Part shown: in pieces, positions 48,283 through 56,724 of the stretch
Numbering within the stretch: the stretch's first letter is position 1
How the letters are laid out: each line of letters starts with the position of its first letter
NCBI GenBank assembly: GCA_035063585.1
Contig: JAPSGB010000026.1
Span: 1 to 64,000, forward strand
Direction of reading: 5' to 3'
DNA from: Polyangiaceae bacterium
GTDB taxonomy: Bacteria > Myxococcota_A > Polyangia > Polyangiales > Polyangiaceae
DNA length: 64,000 bases
Translations under genes and position numbers: made by a program
The notes under the pieces: generated by a model
The model's input: the letters and a program-made list of their open reading frames with translations, nothing else
Databases searched by the model: none
Told to the model about the DNA's origin: nothing

Positions 48283-50463
48283 ATGCGCTACACCATCGCC
48301 TTCGGACTCCTCGCGCTCCTCGTCCCGGCTTGCGGCGGCGTCGCTCCGCCGGAGGACACGGGCACCGAGCAGAGCCCCGTCACGACCGTGTGCGGCGCGT
48401 CCTCGTCGGGCGGCATCCAGGGTAGGGACGTATCGTTCTATCAGGGGGATTTCGACTGGAACGCGCAGAAGGCGGCCGGCGTCGTGTTCGGCTATGCGCG
48501 CATGGGGGATGGCGTGGGCTATGCCGACAGCCAGTTCGCGGCGAACTGGTCGAAGATGAAGGCGGCGGGGATCCTTCGGGGCGCCTACCAGTATTTCGAG
48601 CCGGATGAGGACGAGGTCACGCAAGCGAACCTCATGATCGCCGCCGTCGGCGAGCTCGGCGAGGGCGACCTGCCCGCCATGATCGACGTCGAGTCGACCG
48701 GGGGGCAGCCGGGCGCCACCATCGCCGCCAAGATCGCGAACTGGTTGAAGCTCGTCGAGGCGGGCACGGGGAAGCCGCCGATCATCTACACCGGGCCTTA
48801 CTTTTGGCAGGACAACGTCGGCTCGACGGCCTTCTCACAGACGCCGCTATGGACCGCGCACTACGGCGTGAGTTGCCCGCTCATCCCGCCCGGGTGGTCG
48901 AACTGGACCATCTGGCAATATAGCGATGGGGACGGCTCGCTCGACCACGACGTCTTCAACGGCTCGCTCGAAGACCTGCAGAAGCTCGCGGCGGCCCCAG
49001 GCCCACAGTACCCGATCATCGTCCACCGCAGCGCGGCCGACATCAATGGGGATGGCCAGAGCGACCTCTGCGCGCGCGCCAGCAGCGGCATCGTCTGCAA
49101 GGCCGGCTCGACGGAGGTGCAAGGCCCGGCGTGGAGCGACGCATCCGGCTGGGGCGCGCCGCGGTACTACTGGACCATCCGTTTTGCCGACATCGACGGG
49201 GACGGCAAAGCAGATCTGTGCGCGCGCGACGCGCAAGGGCTCGTGTGCGAGCGCTCCACCGGCGCGGGCTTCGACGGCGGCGAGCTCCGTGGTCCGGCCT
49301 GGAGCGACGCGAACGGCTGGACCCTGCCCGAGTACTACACGACCATCCAGTTTGGCGACATCAACGGCGACGGCAAGGCCGACGTCTGCGCGCGCGCCAT
49401 CGCGGGGATCACGTGCGCGCTGTCCAACGGCGCCGGCTTCGACCCGTCGTTCGACGGCCCGGCCTGGGGAGACGCGGCGAACTGGAATAAGCCGCAATAT
49501 TACCACACGATCCAGTTTGCCGACGTGAACGGTGACGGCAAAGACGATCTCTGCGCGCGCTCCTCGGCCGGAATCACCTGCGCGCTCTCGCGCGGGCAGT
49601 CCTTCGGCGCCGAGCTCGCCGGCCCCGCGTGGAGTGACGCGAACGGCTGGGCCCTGCCCGAGTACATGGAGACGATTCGCTTCGCGGATCTCGACGGCGA
49701 TGGCAAGGCCGACGTGTGCGGACGAGCGGCCACCGGAATCACGTGCGCGCTCTCGGATGGCGCGGGCTTCCCCACCGCGGTGCAGGGGCCGGCGTGGAGC
49801 GACGCCAATGGGTGGGCCGAGCCGCAGTACTGGTCGACGGTGCAGACCGCGGACGTCAACGGCGACGGCAGGGCCGATCTGTGCGCGCGCTCGTCGGCCG
49901 GCGTGCTGTGCGCGCTCTTCGACGGCGCTTCGTTTGCGACGCAGGTGGACGGCCCCGCGTGGTCGTCGGCCGGCGGCTGGGGCGCCCCGCGCTACGGCTC
50001 GACGATCGGGTTCGCCGATCTCGACGGTGACGGGCAGGACGACGTCTGCGGGCGCGACTCCAACGGGATTCAATGCGCGCTGTCGACCGGCGACGGGTTC
50101 GCCGCGCCGACCCAACGGGAGGCGTGGTCCGACGCCAATGGGTGGGGTGCCGAGCCGTACTACGCGACGCTGCGCTACGTCGGTGTGAAGCGGCCCGTTC
50201 CGACGACGCCGGACGCTGGCGCGGGGTCGGACGCCTCCGGATGGGTCGAGGGTGGCACGCCCGAACCGACCCCAGACGCCGCGGTGAGCCACCCACCGTC
50301 CAACGTCGGAGGCGCGGAGGACGACGGTGGCGGGTGCGGCTGCGTGGTCGGAGCCCGCGGGGCGCCCGGCGCGGGCTGGCTCGCGCTCGCGCTCGCTGGG
50401 CTCGCGCTACGCCGCCGCCGCGCCACGCCGTCGCGTCGGCTCATCGCGGTGCGCGCGGAGTGA
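48283..50463 (+). CDS. GH25 lysozyme + 7 FG-GAP/VCBS-like repeats + MYXO-CTERM tail; N-terminal lipobox
   Basis: DVSFYQG, GAYQYF, IDVE, WQYS; 7x DxxGDG..D.C.R; GCGC..WLALALAGLALRRRR. Confidence 0.9.
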   Translation: MRYTIAFGLLALLVPACGGVAPPEDTGTEQSPVTTVCGASSSGGIQGRDVSFYQGDFDWNAQKAAGVVFGYARMGDGVGYADSQFAANWSKMKAAGILRGAYQYFEPDEDEVTQANLMIAAVGELGEGDLPAMIDVESTGGQPGATIAAKIANWLKLVEAGTGKPPIIYTGPYFWQDNVGSTAFSQTPLWTAHYGVSCPLIPPGWSNWTIWQYSDGDGSLDHDVFNGSLEDLQKLAAAPGPQYPIIVHRSAADINGDGQSDLCARASSGIVCKAGSTEVQGPAWSDASGWGAPRYYWTIRFADIDGDGKADLCARDAQGLVCERSTGAGFDGGELRGPAWSDANGWTLPEYYTTIQFGDINGDGKADVCARAIAGITCALSNGAGFDPSFDGPAWGDAANWNKPQYYHTIQFADVNGDGKDDLCARSSAGITCALSRGQSFGAELAGPAWSDANGWALPEYMETIRFADLDGDGKADVCGRAATGITCALSDGAGFPTAVQGPAWSDANGWAEPQYWSTVQTADVNGDGRADLCARSSAGVLCALFDGASFATQVDGPAWSSAGGWGAPRYGSTIGFADLDGDGQDDVCGRDSNGIQCALSTGDGFAAPTQREAWSDANGWGAEPYYATLRYVGVKRPVPTTPDAGAGSDASGWVEGGTPEPTPDAAVSHPPSNVGGAEDDGGGCGCVVGARGAPGAGWLALALAGLALRRRRATPSRRLIAVRAE

Positions 50464-50508
50464 GCGGCGCGGCTCAGTTCTGCGAGGCGGGCAGCGCGCC
50501 GCGTCGAT
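50456..50508. repeat. 53-bp direct repeat, copy B
   Basis: Contains the GH25 gene stop and the 3' end of the M23 gene. Confidence 0.9.
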
Positions 50509-51574
50509 TTCCGCACGCGCTTCCCTGCCACTCGACGAAATCGACCGCTACGGTCGGGTAGCTCGAGCTGGACCAGAAGCTGCCCCACGCCACGCTCGAG
50601 GCGGAGCAGCCCATGCCGCTCGCGCCGCACTCGCAGGTCGCCGCGCCCGGGTGCACCTTCGAGACCTGGAAATGCAGGTGAAGCCCCGTGCTCCACCCGG
50701 TGGTGCCGGCCCGCGCCAGCGCCTGACCTTGGGTCACCGTCGCTCCGCAGGTGACGCCCGGCTCGAGCGAGTTGCCGAGCAGATGCAGATAAACGGACTG
50801 GGTGCCGTCGCCGTGGTCGATGACGAGGTAGTTCGCGTCGTCGACGCAGCTCTTCGTGCCGCAGCCGGTCGTCGAATTGTCCTTCAGGTGCGTGATGGTG
50901 CCGCCGCGCGCGGCCACGATGGTAAACGAGGTCCCGTTGGCGAAATCCCAAGCGTAGCCGGCTGCGCCCACGTGATCTGCGCAGCACGAGTCGTTGCAGT
51001 CCTGGGTGAGCTGCATCGAGGTGCCCGCGCGCCAGGGCAGCTTGTAGGAGTCGGGCGACGTCGCGACCGCGCAGTGATCCGCCTTGCCGTGGACCTCGGC
51101 GACGCAGCCCTCGGGACAAGGCGTCGCGCTGTCCGGCGGCGTGCCGACCACGCCGGAGCAGTGATAGAGGACGTCGGGATCCGCCCCGGTCATCTCGCTC
51201 TTGCCGCAGTAGAGCCCGGACATGTTGCCGTTGCAGATCGGGTTCGCGTAGGGATCCCCGCCGCCTCCGCCCCCGGCGCCGCCCGAGCCGGCCGCGCCGC
51301 CGGTTCCCGCGCTGCCGCCGCCGGTCCCCGCGCTGCCGCCGCCGGTCCCCGCGCTGCCGCCGCTCGCGCCGCCGGCCGCGCCGCCGGTGCCCGGCCATCC
51401 CGAGTCGCTGCCCGCGTCCGGCCACTCGGAGCTTCCGCCCCAGCCGGAGCCGCCCGCGCCGCCGCTCGCCGCGCCGCCCGCGCCGGGGCCCGCCGTGCCT
51501 GAACCATCCTCGCCCGAGCACGCGCTCGTGAGCGTGAGCGTCGCCATCGTGACGAGGCCAAGAAGAGCTCTCAT
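50474..51574 (-). CDS. M23 family metallopeptidase lipoprotein with Cys-rich module
   Basis: Lipobox TSAC, H....YAWDF, AARGG, YLHL, GWSTGLHLHF. Confidence 0.88.
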   Translation of the reverse strand: MRALLGLVTMATLTLTSACSGEDGSGTAGPGAGGAASGGAGGSGWGGSSEWPDAGSDSGWPGTGGAAGGASGGSAGTGGGSAGTGGGSAGTGGAAGSGGAGGGGGGDPYANPICNGNMSGLYCGKSEMTGADPDVLYHCSGVVGTPPDSATPCPEGCVAEVHGKADHCAVATSPDSYKLPWRAGTSMQLTQDCNDSCCADHVGAAGYAWDFANGTSFTIVAARGGTITHLKDNSTTGCGTKSCVDDANYLVIDHGDGTQSVYLHLLGNSLEPGVTCGATVTQGQALARAGTTGWSTGLHLHFQVSKVHPGAATCECGASGMGCSASSVAWGSFWSSSSYPTVAVDFVEWQGSACGNRRGALPASQN

Positions 51575-51650
51575 GTCCGCCTCCCGCGCTCCACGAAGGA
51601 TGCGCGGAGCGGCGCCGCTTGGCAACCCCTCGCCGGAGCGCGTGGCGAGG

Positions 51651-52829
51651 CTAGAACGCGTTCAGCCCGGTGAGCGCCTTGCCGAGCACCAGCGTGTGCA
51701 CCTCGTGCGTCCCCTCGTAGGTGTACACGCTCTCGAGGTTCAGCATGTGGCGGATGACCGGGTACTCGAGGAGGATCCCGTTGCCGCCGAGCATCCCGCG
51801 CGCGGTGCGCGCGCACTCGAGCGCGATCCGCACGTTGTTGCGCTTGCAGAGCGACACCTGCTCGGGGAGGAGCTTTCCGTTCTGGTCCTTCATGCGGCCG
51901 TAGTGGAGCGCGAGGATGTCGCCCATGACGATCTGTTGGGCCATGTCCGCGAGCTTCTCCTGGGTGAGCTGCTTCTTGGCGATGGGCCCGTCGAACTGCA
52001 GCCGCTCCCTCGAGTAGTCGAGCGCCGCGTCGAAGCAGGCCTTGGCCGCGCCGAGCGCGCCCGAGGCGATCCCGAAGCGCGCCTGCGTGAGGCAGCCGAG
52101 CGGCGCGCCGAGCCCCTGCTTGCCGGGCAGCAGGTTCTTCTCGGGGACCCGGCACTCGTCGAGGACGATCTCCCCGGTGACGCTCGCGCGTAGGCTCATC
52201 TTGCCGTGGATGGTCGGCGTCTCGAAACCCTTGGTGCCACGCTCCACCAGGAAGCCGCGAATCGACTCGGGCCCGCCGTCGTCCACCTTTGCCCACACCA
52301 CCGCGACGTGGGCGAGCGGGGAGTTGGTGATCCACATCTTGGTGCCGCTGATGACGTACTCGCCGCCGTCCTTGCGGGCGCGCGTCTTCATGGAGCCGGG
52401 ATCGGAGCCGCTGTCGGGCTCGGTGAGCCCGAAGCAGCCGATCAGCTTCGCCTGCGCCATCTCGGGCAGGTACTTCTGCTTCTGCTCCTCGCTGCCGCAG
52501 GCGTAAATCGAGTACATCGCGAGCGAGCCCTGCACGCTCACGAAGCTCCGGAGCCCGCCGTCGCCGTACTCGAGCTCCTGCATGATGAGCCCGTACTCGA
52601 CCGCGCTCATCCCCGCGCAGCCGTAGCCCGAGATGCTCGCGCCGAGCAGCCCGAGCTCCGCGAGCTCGGGGATGAGGTCCATCGGGAACTCCTCTTTCGC
52701 GAAGAGCTCGCCCGCGCGCGGGAGGTACCGCTCGCGCACCAGTCGCCGCACCGAGTTGCGGATGAGCTTCTCCTCGTCGGTGAGGTGGGCGTCGAGGGCC
52801 GAGAGCGCGTCGAGCGACAGGGTGGTCAT
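51651..52829 (-). CDS. acyl-CoA dehydrogenase (glutaryl-CoA dehydrogenase-like)
   Basis: GCFGLTEPDSGSDP, KMWITN, GGNGI..EYP, TYEGT. Confidence 0.92.
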   Translation of the reverse strand: MTTLSLDALSALDAHLTDEEKLIRNSVRRLVRERYLPRAGELFAKEEFPMDLIPELAELGLLGASISGYGCAGMSAVEYGLIMQELEYGDGGLRSFVSVQGSLAMYSIYACGSEEQKQKYLPEMAQAKLIGCFGLTEPDSGSDPGSMKTRARKDGGEYVISGTKMWITNSPLAHVAVVWAKVDDGGPESIRGFLVERGTKGFETPTIHGKMSLRASVTGEIVLDECRVPEKNLLPGKQGLGAPLGCLTQARFGIASGALGAAKACFDAALDYSRERLQFDGPIAKKQLTQEKLADMAQQIVMGDILALHYGRMKDQNGKLLPEQVSLCKRNNVRIALECARTARGMLGGNGILLEYPVIRHMLNLESVYTYEGTHEVHTLVLGKALTGLNAF

Positions 52830-53016
52830 GCCGGCGCGAATAGCACGGACGCGAGCGTTTTGGATTGATGCCGATCCGGCGCGGAACCCAGGCGGCGAGC
52901 CCGCGCAAGCTGCGGCGGGCGAGCCGCCCCGCACCCACCCATCCCCGCGCCGAACCGACAAAATCCCCAGGAAAGTGGGCCGCGGAGCGCGCGTCGGGGT
53001 AGCTCCGGGGACGGCG

Positions 53017-54600
53017 ATGTCGGTTCGCGCGTTCCTCCTCCGGCTGGGTGCGCCGCTCTGCGGCGCGGCCCTCGTGAGCTGCCCCGCGGCGGAGCGCTCG
53101 ATGAGCGCGGCGCCAGCTCCCGCCGCGGCGGTGGCGCGGATCGCGCCCGTCGCGCCGCCGCCGAGCGACGCGAGCCGGCCCGAGGGCGCCCGCGCCCGCG
53201 AACCGGAGCCGAGCGCGGCCGAGAGCGGCGAGGGGCCGCGGTCCAGCGCCTCGGAGGGCGCCCGCGCCGTCGAGCCCGAGCGCGAGCCGACGCCGCTGCT
53301 CGGAGCGGTCGCCAAGGAGACCTGGGTCTACTCGGGGCCGAGCTTCGGGCGGACGAAGGTCGGCTACCTGCGCGCGGGGGCGCTGGTCCAGCGCGGCGAG
53401 AAACCCGAGGGGTTCGCCGGCTGCGCGGGCGGCTGGTACCGCATCGCGCCGTACGGGTACGTGTGCGTCGGGAAGAACGCCACGCTCGAGCTGGACCAGC
53501 CGGTGCTCCGCGCGACCCGGACGCGCGCCGACCGTGACGCTCCCTTGCCGTACGTCTACGGGCAGTCGCGGTTCCCGACGCCGCCCTACTACACGCGGGT
53601 GCCGTCGGCCGCCGAGCAGGCCGCGGCCGAGCCCGAGCTCGCGCGGAGCCCGCACGCGGCCGGCGCGGGCGGATGGCGCGAGGTGCCGGTCGAGCCGCTC
53701 CCCGACTTCCTCGAGGGCGGGCGCCCGACGCCGTGGTTCAGCATGAGCACGCACTCGCCCGCGTCGCCGACCGCCGGGCGCGCGATGGTAAAGAGCGCGT
53801 TCTCCTTCCTCGCGTTCTTCGACGCGGGGGGGCGGCGCTTCGGGCTCACGGCGGATCTCGACCTCCTGCCGATGGACCGCCTGAAGCCGGTGGTCGCCTC
53901 GAGCTTCCACGGGCTCGCGCTCGAGGGCGAGCTCACCTTGCCGGTGGTGTTCGTGCGGACCCGCGGCGCGTGGCTCTACGACGGCGATCCGCGCACCCGC
54001 GGGCTCACCCAGAGCCGGCCGCTCGCGTATCGCGAGGCGGTGCCGGTGACCGGCGTGAGCGCGCGCGTGGGCTCGAGCCGCTACCTCGAGACGCGCGAGG
54101 GCAAGTGGTTGCTCGACGACGGCCTGGTGCGGATCGATCCCATGAAGCGCCGACCCGGCTGGGCGACCCCGGGGCGGAGCTGGCTCGATATCTCGATCTT
54201 GCGCCAGTCGCTGGTCGCCTACGAGGGAACGCGGCCGGTCTACGTCACGCTCGTATCGACCGGGGTCGACGGCCTCGGCGATCCCGAGAAGACCCACTCG
54301 ACCGTGCGCGGGCAGTTCCTGGTGCACACGAAGCACGTCTCGGTCACGATGGACGGTGACGAGGTGGGCGACGAGTTCGATCTGCGGGACGTCCCCTACG
54401 TCCAATACTTCCATGACGGCTACGCGCTCCACGCCGCTTACTGGCACGACGGCTTCGGCCAGCCGCGCAGCCACGGCTGCGTGAACCTCGCGCCCATCGA
54501 CGCGCGCTGGCTCTTCGCGTGGTCGAGCCCGCCGGTGCCCGCGGCCTGGCACGGCGCGCTCAGCCTGCGCGAGGGCACGCTGGTCAGTATCCACCCCTGA
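53017..54600 (+). CDS. L,D-transpeptidase (YkuD) domain protein
   Basis: VSTG, ALHAAYWH..FG..RSHGCVNL. Confidence 0.9.
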   Translation: MSVRAFLLRLGAPLCGAALVSCPAAERSMSAAPAPAAAVARIAPVAPPPSDASRPEGARAREPEPSAAESGEGPRSSASEGARAVEPEREPTPLLGAVAKETWVYSGPSFGRTKVGYLRAGALVQRGEKPEGFAGCAGGWYRIAPYGYVCVGKNATLELDQPVLRATRTRADRDAPLPYVYGQSRFPTPPYYTRVPSAAEQAAAEPELARSPHAAGAGGWREVPVEPLPDFLEGGRPTPWFSMSTHSPASPTAGRAMVKSAFSFLAFFDAGGRRFGLTADLDLLPMDRLKPVVASSFHGLALEGELTLPVVFVRTRGAWLYDGDPRTRGLTQSRPLAYREAVPVTGVSARVGSSRYLETREGKWLLDDGLVRIDPMKRRPGWATPGRSWLDISILRQSLVAYEGTRPVYVTLVSTGVDGLGDPEKTHSTVRGQFLVHTKHVSVTMDGDEVGDEFDLRDVPYVQYFHDGYALHAAYWHDGFGQPRSHGCVNLAPIDARWLFAWSSPPVPAAWHGALSLREGTLVSIHP

Positions 54601-54616
54601 GCGCGCCCGCGAGCGC

Positions 54617-56668
54617 TCAGGAGCCGAGCGTGTCCGCGAAGGCTCGGGCGACCTCCGTGAGCGGCGCGCGCGAGGCGCCGGTGAGCCGCTCGAGCGCCCG
54701 CGACACCGGCTGGAGCTCGAGGTCGCCGAGCGTGAGCACGAAATCCTCCGGAGCCGTGATGGAGTCGACGGCGCGCCAGTGCCCGCCGAGCGACGCGCGA
54801 AGGGCCTCCCCGAGGTAGGCCCCGATGAGCACCGCGGCGCGCTCCGCCCATCGCTCGCCCGCGAGGGCCGGCGCGGCTGGCGGCGCGATCGAGTCCGCGT
54901 AAGCGTCGAGCGAGCCGAGGCTCCCGAGCGAGAGGTCGAGGCGCGGAAGGCCGCGCGTCTCGCACCACGCGCCGAGCGCCGAGTCGCCGAGGGCGCGGCC
55001 GAGCCTACCGAGCTCGGCGACCGTCGGCCAGCGCGCCGCGCCCCACGGCGCGGGCGGCGCCATCGGGTTCGGACGACGCCGTGACCAGGCGGCGTCACCG
55101 GACGGCGCGAGGTCCTCGAGCCCGAGCGGTCGCCCGGCGCCGATCCGCGCGCGGACCAGCGCGAGCGGGTCCCACGCTCGCTGATCCGCGACCACGCGGA
55201 GCGAGTCCGGGTCCTCGGCGGACGCGGCCCAGCGGCCATGGAGCGCCTCGCGGAGCGCCTCGCCGAGGTAGACGCCGATGAGCAGCGGCGCAGCGCCGAC
55301 TTCGTCGTCCGGCGCGGGCGTGGGGTAGAGGAGCTCGAGCGCGGCTTCGAGCCGCGCGACACTGTAGAGCGACAAGTCCCACGGCCCGAGCTCGCGAAAC
55401 GGCACGCTCGAGGTGAGGAGGTTCGCGGTGACGGAGGCGAGGATCGGGAGATCCCGCTCCGCGCCGCGCGCGCGCAGCGCGGTGAGCCGCGCGTGGGCCT
55501 CCGCCTCGAACGCGGCGCGCACCTCGCCGAGCCGATGCGCGACCAGCGCGCGCTCGCTCGCGTCCCACGGCGATGACTCGTCCGCTTCGACGTCAGGGAC
55601 GCTCGCTGCTCCGCCGAGCCGCTCGGTTGCGCGGGCGAGCGCCAGGGCGGCGTCGGCGGAGCTCGGCTCGGCGGCGAGCGCGCGACGCGCGAGCGCCAGC
55701 GCGCGCTCCGGAGCCTCGCCCTCGGCCTCGACGCACGCGCGGAGCGCGGTCACCAGGGTGGCGCGCGGCCCGGCCACCGCGTCGAGCCCGTCGAGCGCGC
55801 TGCGGGCCTCGTCGACGAGCGCGGGAGCGTCGCCCCCGCGCGCGCACCGGAGCGCCGCGAGCGCGAGCGTCACCCGCGCCGAGGGGAGCTCGGGGTCATC
55901 CGAGAAGGCGAGCCGCGCTTGTTCGAGCGCGAGCTCGAGCTCGCCGAGCTCGACGAGCAGCCGCGCCGTCCCCGCGCGCACGTCCGGCTCGAGGAGCGGC
56001 GCCGCGCAGAGCCGCTCGAGCTCGCGGCGGCTCTCGTCGGGCGCGCCGGCGCCGTGGAGCGCCCGCGCTCGCATCAGCGAATACGCCGGCGTGCGGGAGC
56101 CTTCGCGAAAATCGATCTCGGTCACCACGCGGCGGAACTCGCCGCGGTCGAGCATGCCGGCGAGCTCGGCGACCGGCGGGAGCGTCCCGAGATCGTGCGC
56201 GGGGGGGAACGCGGAGCGGATGCGCGCGCCCGCCTGGACCGGCGCCACGTCCGGGAGCGCGAGCTCCGGCGGCTCGAGCCCGGGTGGCGGCGTGAAGCGA
56301 GCGGGGCGCGGCGCGGCTGGGATCTCGGGCGCCGCGTCGACGGGCGGCGGCTCGGGCGGACTCGAGCTGGAGCCGAGCGGCTCGGGAGGGCTCGACGCGG
56401 CGGGCAGGTGCGAGCCGAGCTCGTGGAGCAGCGCGGCCGCGCGCGGAAACCCGCCGCTCGCGCGGATGAGGTCCCGTAGCCGGCCGGCGAACGCCTCGCG
56501 GTCGAGCCTCCCGCGCAGGTTCAGGAGGCGCGCCGAGAGGTAGGCGACCCCGTGGCGCAGCGACGGCTCGTCCCCGACCTCGATGAGCCAGCGCTGGGCG
56601 TCGTCGAGCCGTCCGGCGTCGAGGTAGCGATCGATGAGCTCCAGGCGACCATCCCCCAGCGGATCCAT
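54617..56668 (-). CDS. TPR-like protein with two C-terminal DUF3806-like repeats
   Basis: Ala/Leu helical repeats; two copies of DLSL.S...L...IG.YLGEALR....W. Confidence 0.6.
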   Translation of the reverse strand: MDPLGDGRLELIDRYLDAGRLDDAQRWLIEVGDEPSLRHGVAYLSARLLNLRGRLDREAFAGRLRDLIRASGGFPRAAALLHELGSHLPAASSPPEPLGSSSSPPEPPPVDAAPEIPAAPRPARFTPPPGLEPPELALPDVAPVQAGARIRSAFPPAHDLGTLPPVAELAGMLDRGEFRRVVTEIDFREGSRTPAYSLMRARALHGAGAPDESRRELERLCAAPLLEPDVRAGTARLLVELGELELALEQARLAFSDDPELPSARVTLALAALRCARGGDAPALVDEARSALDGLDAVAGPRATLVTALRACVEAEGEAPERALALARRALAAEPSSADAALALARATERLGGAASVPDVEADESSPWDASERALVAHRLGEVRAAFEAEAHARLTALRARGAERDLPILASVTANLLTSSVPFRELGPWDLSLYSVARLEAALELLYPTPAPDDEVGAAPLLIGVYLGEALREALHGRWAASAEDPDSLRVVADQRAWDPLALVRARIGAGRPLGLEDLAPSGDAAWSRRRPNPMAPPAPWGAARWPTVAELGRLGRALGDSALGAWCETRGLPRLDLSLGSLGSLDAYADSIAPPAAPALAGERWAERAAVLIGAYLGEALRASLGGHWRAVDSITAPEDFVLTLGDLELQPVSRALERLTGASRAPLTEVARAFADTLGS

Positions 56669-56724
56669 GGCTCCCCATCATTCTGCCGCGAGCCGCCGGA
56701 GGCAACGGGGTCGCGACGCTCCGC

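Noticed and set aside
49030..50170. Regularly spaced repeats as a possible CRISPR array
   Set aside because: They are in-frame, degenerate protein repeats (FG-GAP-like) and no cas genes are present.
51296..51362. Tandem repeats in the M23 gene, and PPGG repeats at 43250-43620
   Set aside because: In-frame low-complexity linkers typical of myxobacterial proteins; no frame switching.
51571..55362. Very long alternative ORFs (1263 aa here; also 14489-17221, 60464-63439, 36613-38967)
   Set aside because: These are Arg/Ala/Pro-rich shadow frames caused by high GC and they overlap well-supported genes. Only the last 153 codons of 60464-63439 are a real gene.
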